From Treponemataceae bacterium (GTDB taxonomy: Bacteria; Spirochaetota; Spirochaetia; Treponematales; Rectinemataceae): a stretch of 64,000 nucleotides of DNA. The notes under the pieces were generated by a model, which was not told where the DNA came from, made no database searches, and was given only the letters and a program-made list of their open reading frames with translations. The translations under genes and the position numbers were made by a program. Below are positions 39,464-48,052 of this stretch, piece by piece. Location: assembly GCA_963667725.2 (NCBI GenBank), contig CAXXHO010000003.1, positions 1,312,001 through 1,376,000 on the forward strand, written 5' to 3'. Position 1 is the stretch's first letter; every line of letters begins with the position of its first letter.

Positions 39464-39509
39464 TGCGAAAACCATACCGAAAAATCGCCGTCTTGACCAG
39501 CGGTGATTC

Positions 39510-39538
39510 TTGACAGAAATCCCCACTCTCCGGACAAT
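39510..39538 (+). promoter_or_regulatory. promoter of pyrK-pyrD
   Basis: TTGACA-N17-GACAAT; implies the pyrK start is GTG 39557 (AGAGG RBS). Confidence 0.6.
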
Positions 39539-39556
39539 GCAGGCCAGAGGTTTCAG

Positions 39557-40405
39557 GTGAGGCAGTTCGACGCGACGATTACGGTAAACCGAGAGGTTTC
39601 CTCTTCATGGAAGATCCTAGGATTCGAATGGCCCAAAGACCTTCCCGTTCCCAAGCCGGGGCAGTTCTTCACGTTCAGGCCAAGAGCCCTGGAGCCCGGG
39701 GATTCGGGATTGCTGCGCAGACCCCTGGCCTTCGCGGCCTTCGCCGACAATATTGCCTATGCGCTCTATCAAATCCGCGGAATAGGCACCAAGGCGCTCG
39801 CAGCGACCTTGGAAGGTTCATCCCTCGATATAATCGGCGCCCTAGGCAACAGTTTTCCCTTGCCCAAGCCAAATGAAAAACCCATTCTTTTAGGCGGCGG
39901 CATCGGGATAGGCCCCCTTCTTTTCTTTCATTCAAGGCTTTCCGCCATGAAACGCGGCTCCGTTTTCGGTCCACGTCTCGTGCTGGGCTTCAGAACATCG
40001 AGCTTTGTGCCTGACTTCGAGGCGGCATTGAAATCGAGGCTCCCTGGAACGGCCAAGGGTCTCCAGGCACTCTCCGAAGGCCTCGCGGCCGCGAAGATAG
40101 CGACCGACGACGGGACGAGAGGATACGCCGGCACCGTCGTGGACTCCCTTGGCGAAGAAATATCGGGAACGGCCAATAATGGCGGGCGGCATTATTACGG
40201 ATGCGGCCCCGGTCCGATGCTGGCCGCCCTGGACGCTTTCGCCGGCGCCGAGGGCTCGCCCTCCCATGTCTCCGTGGAACAATGGATGGCCTGCGGCGTT
40301 GGGGCCTGCCACGGCTGTGTCCTGCCCGCGGCCGGAGGCGGCTACCTCCGGGCTTGCGCCGACGGTCCTGTTTTCAAAAGCGGCGACATTCGGTGGAAGG
40401 AGTGA
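39557..40405 (+). CDS. pyrK: dihydroorotate dehydrogenase electron transfer subunit
   Basis: PGQF, LRRPL, GGGIGIGP, CGPGPM, MACGVGACHGC...C.DGPVF. Confidence 0.9.
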   Translation: MRQFDATITVNREVSSSWKILGFEWPKDLPVPKPGQFFTFRPRALEPGDSGLLRRPLAFAAFADNIAYALYQIRGIGTKALAATLEGSSLDIIGALGNSFPLPKPNEKPILLGGGIGIGPLLFFHSRLSAMKRGSVFGPRLVLGFRTSSFVPDFEAALKSRLPGTAKGLQALSEGLAAAKIATDDGTRGYAGTVVDSLGEEISGTANNGGRHYYGCGPGPMLAALDAFAGAEGSPSHVSVEQWMACGVGACHGCVLPAAGGGYLRACADGPVFKSGDIRWKE

Positions 40406-40407
40406 GC

Positions 40408-41358
40408 ATGGAGCCTGATCTCAGCGTCGCCATTGGCCCCCTCGTCATGCCCAATCCCGTTGGCGTAGCTTCCGGGACCTTCGGCTACGGCCAGGAATAT
40501 CAGGATCTCGTCGAAATCGACAGGCTAGGAGCCCTCTACACGAAGGCGCTTACCCTCGAGGCGCGCGCGGGGAACCGCCCTCCCCGCATCGTGGAAACCC
40601 CGATGGGACTCATCAATTCCATCGGCCTGGCCAATCCCGGGCTGCAGGGATTCCTGAAGGAAAAACTCCCCTACCTAGCGAAGAGGACCTGCCCCATCAT
40701 CGTCAACGTCGGGGGTTCCACCAAGGAAGACTATCTCGCCGTCGTCGAGGGAATCGAAGCCTTCGCGGGCTCTCCTGAAACGGGCAGGCGCTCGGGCGTG
40801 GACGCCTACGAGATCAACGTCTCCTGTCCCAACGTGTCGCATGGAGGCATGTCCTTCGGCACCGATCCTTTCCTCGTCGAAGATCTCACGTCGCGGATAC
40901 GTCGGGTTACGAAAAGAGCGGTCATCATCAAACTCAGCCCGAACGTCACCGATATAGCGGAGATCGCCAAAGCGGCGGAAGCCGGGGGAGCCGACGCCCT
41001 ATCTTGCATCAACACCCTCGTAGGCATGGCGATCGATACCGAACGCTGCCGGCCCCTGATCGCGAGAGGAACCGGCGGGCTGTCAGGCCCGGCCATCCGC
41101 CCGGTCGGCGTCGCGTGCACATGGAAAGTGGCCCATGCGGTGAAGATACCCGTCATCGGCTTGGGCGGCATCGCGTCGGCCAGCGATGCCCTGGAGTACT
41201 TTCTGGCAGGGGCAGTGGCGGTCCAGATAGGCACGGCCCTTTTCGCTGATCCTAAGGCGCCGCTCCGCATCCTCGACGGCATAGCCGCCTGGATGAAGAA
41301 AAAATCCGTGGCCAGCACGAAGGACATCGCCGGACTCCTGGAATTCCAGCAATCCTGA
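40408..41358 (+). CDS. pyrD: dihydroorotate dehydrogenase (class 1B)
   Basis: ASGTFGYG, NSIGLANPG, EINVSCPN, KLSPNVTDI, GGLSGPAI. Confidence 0.95.
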   Translation: MEPDLSVAIGPLVMPNPVGVASGTFGYGQEYQDLVEIDRLGALYTKALTLEARAGNRPPRIVETPMGLINSIGLANPGLQGFLKEKLPYLAKRTCPIIVNVGGSTKEDYLAVVEGIEAFAGSPETGRRSGVDAYEINVSCPNVSHGGMSFGTDPFLVEDLTSRIRRVTKRAVIIKLSPNVTDIAEIAKAAEAGGADALSCINTLVGMAIDTERCRPLIARGTGGLSGPAIRPVGVACTWKVAHAVKIPVIGLGGIASASDALEYFLAGAVAVQIGTALFADPKAPLRILDGIAAWMKKKSVASTKDIAGLLEFQQS

Positions 41359-41359
41359 G

Positions 41360-42178
41360 TCATCGGTCGATAAGAACCGTCCTCTGAAGGAAGGCCGCCC
41401 GATCTTCAACCTTGACGAGTAGTCTTTCCTCTCCGCTGAAAAACAGATGGATTCCCTCGGATAGAGAGGCCTTTTGCGCGCCCTCAGCCGAATCGATCCG
41501 GCAGAAAGGACTCTCGGGCCACCATCGCGTATCGCCGGGGAGAAGAAAGTCTCCCTCGGGGGCGGGGAAAACGCTTATCCTGAAAGACCCTTCCACGAGC
41601 AGCCCCGCTACCCTGTTAGGAGGGACTGACCAGGGATCCCTCCTTTTCGCTTCATTGATGGATTTCAGCTTTTCAAGAGGATAGACCCATGGATCATAGC
41701 CGTAGTTCTCAATTAAGCGTGCCGTGGCGGCGGCATAGCCGGATTCGAAACTGGCGCAGAGTCGATCGGGCGTCGACGACGGAAGCTCACTGCCGGAAGG
41801 CTCGAGATCGAAAGGGTAAAGGGCTCCGGCTGTTAGGAAGGTGATTGACCCTCGGGAGGGCAATGCGAAGATCGCCTGGGGATCTCCACGCCGCAAACGC
41901 AGGACGAGCGCCTCGCCTTCGCCCGCGAAGGCGAGGCGCTCCACGCCGCTCTCATCCTTCCAGGATACGGCATAGGACAAGGCGCCCATCCCCGACCAGG
42001 CAGCGGGACGCTCGGGCATTTCCACGATGACCGTGTGGACGAAAAGGTAGTCGAAGCCGCATGAAGCGCACAGCAGGACGCAGCCGAAAAATTCGAGAAA
42101 AGCGCGGAACCGACGGCACAATCTTCGCACCGGCACCCTCCACCCACCAAACGCCTGCGCGCCGGAATCCCGCTTCAA
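41360..42178 (-). CDS. hypothetical protein, probable lipoprotein
   Basis: basic stretch + hydrophobic core + LCASC lipobox-like motif; overlaps the upstream gene by 4 nt; true start may be later. Confidence 0.55.
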   Translation of the reverse strand: MKRDSGAQAFGGWRVPVRRLCRRFRAFLEFFGCVLLCASCGFDYLFVHTVIVEMPERPAAWSGMGALSYAVSWKDESGVERLAFAGEGEALVLRLRRGDPQAIFALPSRGSITFLTAGALYPFDLEPSGSELPSSTPDRLCASFESGYAAATARLIENYGYDPWVYPLEKLKSINEAKRRDPWSVPPNRVAGLLVEGSFRISVFPAPEGDFLLPGDTRWWPESPFCRIDSAEGAQKASLSEGIHLFFSGEERLLVKVEDRAAFLQRTVLIDR

Positions 42179-42699
42179 TTCATGTTAGCGAACATGCGTT
42201 TTCTCCATTGCCCAAGCATGGTTCTCACCGGCTCCGATGCCCAGTCGGGATAGGTCCAAGGCAGGGCGTGGAACTCCTTCTTCTCGAAGATTAGCGTCAG
42301 CTCGGCATAGATGCCCTCGCTGAGCGCGATCCTGTGGGCTCTGTCCTTCGTCGTCGCGAGGACGAATCTCCCCGGCGCGAGAAGGCCGGGATCCAGGTTG
42401 ACGCGTCGCCCGCCGCCATTTGCCGCGAAGCCCGCCTCGATGTCGTTGGTATCCGTCTTGATCGCGGCCAGGCTGGAAGGATCCACGAAATCCCTGAACT
42501 GGATGTAATAGCGCCAAATCGGTTCGCCCATTTCGCGGACATAGTAATCGGTCCATTTGAACTCTTGCCTTGGCGTCACGGTTTCGGCGGGACCGAAACG
42601 TCGCGCCAATGCCTCTAGAACGGCCTCTTCGATGCCGACATCGCTCAACAAGACCCCCGCGACGAGGATTTCCTTTCCAAACGCTCCGGACGTACCCAT
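42175..42699 (-). CDS. DUF4416 family protein
   Basis: TDYY..EMG, L..IK..TN.IE, RRVNLDPG, LATTK..HRI, YPDW. Confidence 0.8.
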   Translation of the reverse strand: MGTSGAFGKEILVAGVLLSDVGIEEAVLEALARRFGPAETVTPRQEFKWTDYYVREMGEPIWRYYIQFRDFVDPSSLAAIKTDTNDIEAGFAANGGGRRVNLDPGLLAPGRFVLATTKDRAHRIALSEGIYAELTLIFEKKEFHALPWTYPDWASEPVRTMLGQWRKRMFANMN

Positions 42700-42737
42700 A
42701 CAGTTGCCTTCCCTGCCATTTTATCGCATACTCGATC

Positions 42738-44393
42738 ATGATGAAAACCAAACTATTCGCCATGCTGCTGATGATGGTTCTGGCTCTCCCCGCATTATCG
42801 GCCCAGGATGAATCCCCCAAGGAATTCGTGACGATATTCGGCGACACGCTGCCTGAGTTCGACCCCCACCGTTCCATATACTCAACGGAAGCCCAGATAT
42901 TCACGGCCTTGTACGAAGGTCTTTTCTCCTATGACGGAGCCAGCCTCGAACCTCAGGCGGCCGCGGCCTCTTCCTGGAAAAAAACGAAAGACGGCATGGT
43001 CTACACCTTCCAGATTCGCCAGAACGCCAAATGGTCGGACGGCAGCCCCCTTCTCGCTTCCGATTTCAGGAATTCCTGGATGCGCATGCTCGATCTCAAC
43101 GGCCAGTACGCCACCTTTTTCGACATCATCGCGGGCGCCCGCGACTACAGACTCGAAAAAAGCCCGAATGCCGAAACCGTAGGCATACAGGCGACGGGAG
43201 ATAGGACGCTTGTCGTCACGCTGAACAGACCGGCCGCGTATTTGACGAGACTACTCTGCCATCACGCCTTCGCCCCCATTCACCCATCCATGCTGAAAGC
43301 CGAAAATTGGACCGAACGCATTCCCTTCCCCGTCAATGGCCCCTACCAGTTCAAGGCATCAGAAAAGGGCCGGATTTCGCTGGAAAAGAACCCCCAATAC
43401 TGGGACGAAAAATCCGTCTCCATTCCCATGCTGGCTTTCCTATTCAGCGATGACGACGAAACCGCTTCCAGAATGTTCAACAACGAAGAGGCCCACTGGC
43501 TCGCCGGACCAGGCGACTTCGATGCCATTCTGATGGAGGAAGCACTCCAGGTCAACCCGATTTTTTCCACCCATTACTGGTTCTTCAACTGCTCCGAGAC
43601 TCCCTGGAACCAGGCCTCCGTACGCAGGGCCATGGCCCTCCTCCTGCCTTGGAAAGAACTGCGCGATCCTTCGAAATACATGGTACCGGCGACAACCCTC
43701 GTCCTCCCCCTTCCCGGATACAGTCAGGCGAAAGGCATTGAAAACCAGGACAGGGACGAAGCCCTGAAGCTGCTCGAAGCCGCAGGGTATCCCGAGGGGA
43801 AAGGCCTTCCCGAGCTCAACATTTTCTTCGCGGAAAGCCAGGACAACAAGCGCCTGGCATTGCTCTTTCAGACCGCCTGGAAAGCCCTGCCCTCGTTGAA
43901 GGTCACCTTGGCGCCCGTCAGCCCGTCCAAATATTACGACATCATCACCGGCGATAAAAAAGCGAAAGGCATCACCCTCGCCCACACGACATGGATCGGC
44001 GATTTTGCCGATCCCGAAGCCTTCCTCCAGATGTGGACGCCGGATTCACCCCTCAACGACGCTGGATTCGCGGATACTGAATTCCAGGCCCTTCTCGCCA
44101 AATCCTACGACAAGGAAGGCAAGGAGCGAATGAGCCTTCTCGCCGAGGCCGAAACATACCTGCTGCAGAAAGCGGTTGTCCTTCCCATCTATCATAGTTT
44201 CGAGGCTTCGGTCATCGATATAGACTACATAGAGGGCTGGTACCAGAACGCCCTCAGCATTCATCCCTACAAATCCCTGAAATTCGGCAGCCCCAGCATC
44301 CAGCCCAACGTCGCGAGCGCGGAATCGGGTTCGGTCACGGTGGCCGCTTCGATGAAAGCTACCGCCGCTCAGGCGGCAAACCCGGCGCTTTGA
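42738..44393 (+). CDS. peptide ABC transporter substrate-binding protein (OppA family)
   Basis: signal peptide, LYEGL, YTF.IR.NAKWSDG, NGPY, KNPQYWD, WIGDF.DP. Confidence 0.88.
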   Translation: MMKTKLFAMLLMMVLALPALSAQDESPKEFVTIFGDTLPEFDPHRSIYSTEAQIFTALYEGLFSYDGASLEPQAAAASSWKKTKDGMVYTFQIRQNAKWSDGSPLLASDFRNSWMRMLDLNGQYATFFDIIAGARDYRLEKSPNAETVGIQATGDRTLVVTLNRPAAYLTRLLCHHAFAPIHPSMLKAENWTERIPFPVNGPYQFKASEKGRISLEKNPQYWDEKSVSIPMLAFLFSDDDETASRMFNNEEAHWLAGPGDFDAILMEEALQVNPIFSTHYWFFNCSETPWNQASVRRAMALLLPWKELRDPSKYMVPATTLVLPLPGYSQAKGIENQDRDEALKLLEAAGYPEGKGLPELNIFFAESQDNKRLALLFQTAWKALPSLKVTLAPVSPSKYYDIITGDKKAKGITLAHTTWIGDFADPEAFLQMWTPDSPLNDAGFADTEFQALLAKSYDKEGKERMSLLAEAETYLLQKAVVLPIYHSFEASVIDIDYIEGWYQNALSIHPYKSLKFGSPSIQPNVASAESGSVTVAASMKATAAQAANPAL

Positions 44394-44407
44394 AAGGATA
44401 AACGTTG

Positions 44408-45523
44408 ATGGACATCGGCGAGACCGGACAGCTGCTGAGGAACTTGGGCTTCCCGCTTCTGAAAGTGCACACATCATATTCCCACCACGATTTCATAAGC
44501 CCAGCCAGACGCATTCTCGTCATTGGCCCCATGGGTTCGGGAAAGACCGAATTCACCGCCCGGGTCTGGCGCGACAGCAAGGTGGCGCTCAAGAAGAAAG
44601 GGCTCGCGGCGTCGCTTACTTCGAGCGGATCGGTCGACAGGCGGGAAGTCTTCGTCGTGCGGTCCAGCCTCGACAAGACTCGCTTCCCCGATTACCCGGA
44701 TGACGCGCTGGCTTTCCGAGGAGGCTTCGAGCGATGCGGTAAGCACATCGGGGCAGCCCGCGATTCTTTTCAGTTGGAGACCTTGCTCGCCGACAATCCC
44801 GAGATCGGTACATGGATTGTGGACGAAGCGGCATTCTTCGACGAGAGAATCGCCTATCTCATGGCGGACGAATCGCGGCGCCGAGACCTCTGCTTCATCT
44901 GCCCCACCCTCGTCCTCAATTTCAGAAGGGAAATCTTCAACCAGACGGCCAGACTCCTCCTCGAAAACGCGACCGATGTATTTCCCCTCACGGCCTACTG
45001 CGAACACGAAGATTGCCTCATGGACTCGCTTTATACCTACCGTTACTATCTCGTGGACGGGAAGGAATGCCCGGCCCTGTATTTCGACCCGCTCATCATC
45101 ATAGGCGGCGACAGGACGAAGTCTGACGGGCAGGAGCCTAATTACTGCACGCGCTGCGACGAGCATCATTATCTGCCGGGCAAGGAATACACCTTTTTCA
45201 CGCTCAAGCCCCTGGGCGAACAGGCCGCGAGAGGAAATATCGCCCCCCTGCTGGCCGAACTCAACGCGCTGGCCGGCAATATCGAACAATCGCGGCTGCA
45301 TTCCTCGCTGAAAAACCGCTATATCGAGTGCAATTCGCCCTGTACCATCCAGATGAACTCGCTCCTCGTCCCCTGCATAGCCGAACGAGCCATCGTGTAT
45401 CTTTACGCCGAGCAGAACCTCCTTTCGGCGGAACAGGTTCGCTATCTCGTGGAAGGGCTCGCCCTGGACAGGGACTACCTTTCCAGGCGGCTTTCCGACA
45501 ACAGAAGGCCGCTGGAGCTTTAG
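44408..45523 (+). CDS. tdk: thymidine kinase (long spirochaete type)
   Basis: GPMGSGKT, IVDEAAF, Zn-binding CEHEDC and YCTRCDEH; alternative TTG start 44405. Confidence 0.82.
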   Translation: MDIGETGQLLRNLGFPLLKVHTSYSHHDFISPARRILVIGPMGSGKTEFTARVWRDSKVALKKKGLAASLTSSGSVDRREVFVVRSSLDKTRFPDYPDDALAFRGGFERCGKHIGAARDSFQLETLLADNPEIGTWIVDEAAFFDERIAYLMADESRRRDLCFICPTLVLNFRREIFNQTARLLLENATDVFPLTAYCEHEDCLMDSLYTYRYYLVDGKECPALYFDPLIIIGGDRTKSDGQEPNYCTRCDEHHYLPGKEYTFFTLKPLGEQAARGNIAPLLAELNALAGNIEQSRLHSSLKNRYIECNSPCTIQMNSLLVPCIAERAIVYLYAEQNLLSAEQVRYLVEGLALDRDYLSRRLSDNRRPLEL

Positions 45524-45555
45524 GCTTTCGCGGCGCCGACAAGGAAGGCGCGACA

Positions 45556-46806
45556 ATGACGATTCCCTTCAAGGATTTACCCCGGTCGATATGGGCGCTT
45601 TTCGCCGTGCGGCTCGTGATAGCCGCCGGCAATTTCATCTTCCCCTTCCTTACCCTAATCCTGACGACGAGGCTGGGCTGGTCCTCGGAAAAAGCCGGTA
45701 TTTTCCTCACCGTCATGCACGCGGCGGCGCTACCGGGCGTTTTCCTTGGCGGCAGGCTCAGCGATATTGTCGGAAGGAAGAAAATCATCCTGATTTGCCA
45801 GGGCACGGCAGTCATCCTTTTCTCCACCAGCCTCGCGATTGGATTCAAGCCAATTCTTCCCTTTCTCATCGCCGGAGCTTCCATCGTCCTCAGCATGACC
45901 TGGCCGGTGATAAACGCCCTCGTGGCCGACATGGTTCCCGATCCTGCCACCAGGAAATCCGCCTACGCGATGCTCTATTGGGGCAACAACATAGGATTTT
46001 CCCTGGGTCCTCTCGCCGCCGGCTTCCTCTTCCACAGGGCTCCGGGGCTCATGTTTCTCGGTAACGGCTGCGCCCTCTGCGCTTCCATTTTCATAATGAT
46101 AAAATTCATTCCTGAAACAGGCTTGATCGTCCAGGCGGCGGAAGCCGCTGTCGGCGGAACGGCCACCGACGCGGAAGCTTCTCACTCAGGAAGCTTGTTT
46201 ACCGTCCTCAAGGAAAGACCCACCATCGTCATGTTCGCCCTCGTCGTGGCTGTGATGAATTTCGTCTATAACCAGAACGGGTTCAGCCTTCCTCTCTATC
46301 TCAACGATATGCTCGGGGACAGAGGCGCGGAGATTTACGGATCGGCAATGACAGTGAACGGCATCACCGTCGTATTCTGTACGCTTTTATTGTCCAGGCT
46401 GATGTCGAGGACGCCCGTATTGGTCATCATGGCCGCGGCCAGCCTGCTCTACGCGATCGGCTTCGGAATCCTTTCGTTCCCGCCCAGCTTTCTTCTCGTC
46501 ATCGTCTCCACCGTGATATGGACATGGGGAGAAATACTCTCCGCCACCAACATCAATGTCTATGTCGCGTCCAGGACTCCGGCGAGCCACAGGGGGCGGG
46601 TCAATTCGGCGGTGACGGTCATCACCAACCTGGGTTCGCTCTCCTCCCCTCTCATCTCTGGCGCGATAATCCACAGAGGCGGCACCGCATCCATATGGCC
46701 TATCGCCTTTTTCATCGGCATAGGAGCGGCCGCGCTCATGATTGGGCTGGGAGCCTATGAGAGATCCCGGGGTCCCGCGGCGCCCTCGGCCAGAACTGAG
46801 CTATGA
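45556..46806 (+). CDS. MFS transporter
   Basis: GGRLSDIVGRKK motif A, about 12 TM helices. Confidence 0.9.
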   Translation: MTIPFKDLPRSIWALFAVRLVIAAGNFIFPFLTLILTTRLGWSSEKAGIFLTVMHAAALPGVFLGGRLSDIVGRKKIILICQGTAVILFSTSLAIGFKPILPFLIAGASIVLSMTWPVINALVADMVPDPATRKSAYAMLYWGNNIGFSLGPLAAGFLFHRAPGLMFLGNGCALCASIFIMIKFIPETGLIVQAAEAAVGGTATDAEASHSGSLFTVLKERPTIVMFALVVAVMNFVYNQNGFSLPLYLNDMLGDRGAEIYGSAMTVNGITVVFCTLLLSRLMSRTPVLVIMAAASLLYAIGFGILSFPPSFLLVIVSTVIWTWGEILSATNINVYVASRTPASHRGRVNSAVTVITNLGSLSSPLISGAIIHRGGTASIWPIAFFIGIGAAALMIGLGAYERSRGPAAPSARTEL

Positions 46807-46849
46807 TCGACATGTCGAAGAAAGGCTATTAATTCAGGAGAGGAGCTGC

Positions 46850-48052
46850 CTAGTTCAGGAAAGAGGCGGCCTTATCGGCGAAGCCTTCCGCGTCCGATGC
46901 GGACTGGAAGACAGCCCTGAAGTTGCCGAGTCCGCCGCCGCCCCTTCCCCCAAATTCCTGGAGCATCGGCTTCAGCGCCACGCCGAGCGCGATGGGCTTA
47001 TCCGGCTGGCTGGAGGATCGCATGATGCAGACGGTCCTGTCGGGCATCGACAGGGCGATGACGGAAAAGCCGCGAGCCACGCCTGCCTTGACCGTTTCCA
47101 TGGCGGTATCGGCCTCCCTGTCGTCATAGCTGAAACGAAGGAGCCTGCCGCTGGCAAAGGCTGAAGACTGAAGCGCCAGATCGATTTCCATGCCTGCCCT
47201 TTCGCGGATAAGGAGGTTTCTTTCGCCTTCTAAAAGCCCGGCGCGACGCATCGTCAACGCAAGCTTGGCGGGGGATTCCTCGAGCGACGTTCCCAACTGC
47301 CCCGCAACATCCTTGAGCGCGTCAAAATGCCTCCCGAGGAGGGCGACGGCCCTATCGCCTGCGACAAAATAAATTCTCGTGTTGCCCTTGTATCTTTCCG
47401 TATACAGAATCTTGAAGACACGAAGCGCCGAAGCGGAAGCTACGTGGGTTCCGCAGCAGGCTACCCAGTCGTAGCCGTCGATCTCGACGATGGTGATTTT
47501 TTCTTCGCCGGCGGGCAGTTTTTTGCGAATCGGGAAGGAATACGCGTCCTCAGGCGGACAGCAATGAACGATATAGGGGCGGTCGCCGACGATGAAACTT
47601 TCAGCGGCCTTCTCGATGCTTTCGATCATGGACGCGTCCATCGAGTCGCGGGACACATCGATGGTGCTGTAGGCGGCGCCGAGATGGAAACCGATCGTGT
47701 GCGCGCCGTGCTCTCGTTCGAGTATGGCCGAAAGAAGGTGCTGTCCGGAATGCTGCTGGCTGTGGTCGCGCCGCCTCGCGGCATCAATGCTCATCGTCAC
47801 CATATCGCCCACCGCGAAGGGAAGCTCGCCCTCGATCCGGTGAAGCACGACCGATTCCTCTTCCGCGACGCTGGCGACCGCCATTCCCCCCAGGCTGCCC
47901 AGATCGCATGGCTGGCCCCCGCCCTCAGGGTAGAAAATAGTGCGGTCCAGGATTACATCCTTGGCCGAACCGAAATCGCGTATCTCCAGGACTTTAGCTT
48001 CGCCGCTCACCGCCGAAGGATGGAGATAGAATTCCTTGACGGTTTCAGACAT
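46850..48052 (-). CDS. alanyl-tRNA editing protein (AlaX-L type)
   Basis: FYPEGGGQP.D, QHSGQHLLS, CCGTHV, C-terminal GGRGGG (DHHA1-like). Confidence 0.88.
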   Translation of the reverse strand: MSETVKEFYLHPSAVSGEAKVLEIRDFGSAKDVILDRTIFYPEGGGQPCDLGSLGGMAVASVAEEESVVLHRIEGELPFAVGDMVTMSIDAARRRDHSQQHSGQHLLSAILEREHGAHTIGFHLGAAYSTIDVSRDSMDASMIESIEKAAESFIVGDRPYIVHCCPPEDAYSFPIRKKLPAGEEKITIVEIDGYDWVACCGTHVASASALRVFKILYTERYKGNTRIYFVAGDRAVALLGRHFDALKDVAGQLGTSLEESPAKLALTMRRAGLLEGERNLLIRERAGMEIDLALQSSAFASGRLLRFSYDDREADTAMETVKAGVARGFSVIALSMPDRTVCIMRSSSQPDKPIALGVALKPMLQEFGGRGGGGLGNFRAVFQSASDAEGFADKAASFLN

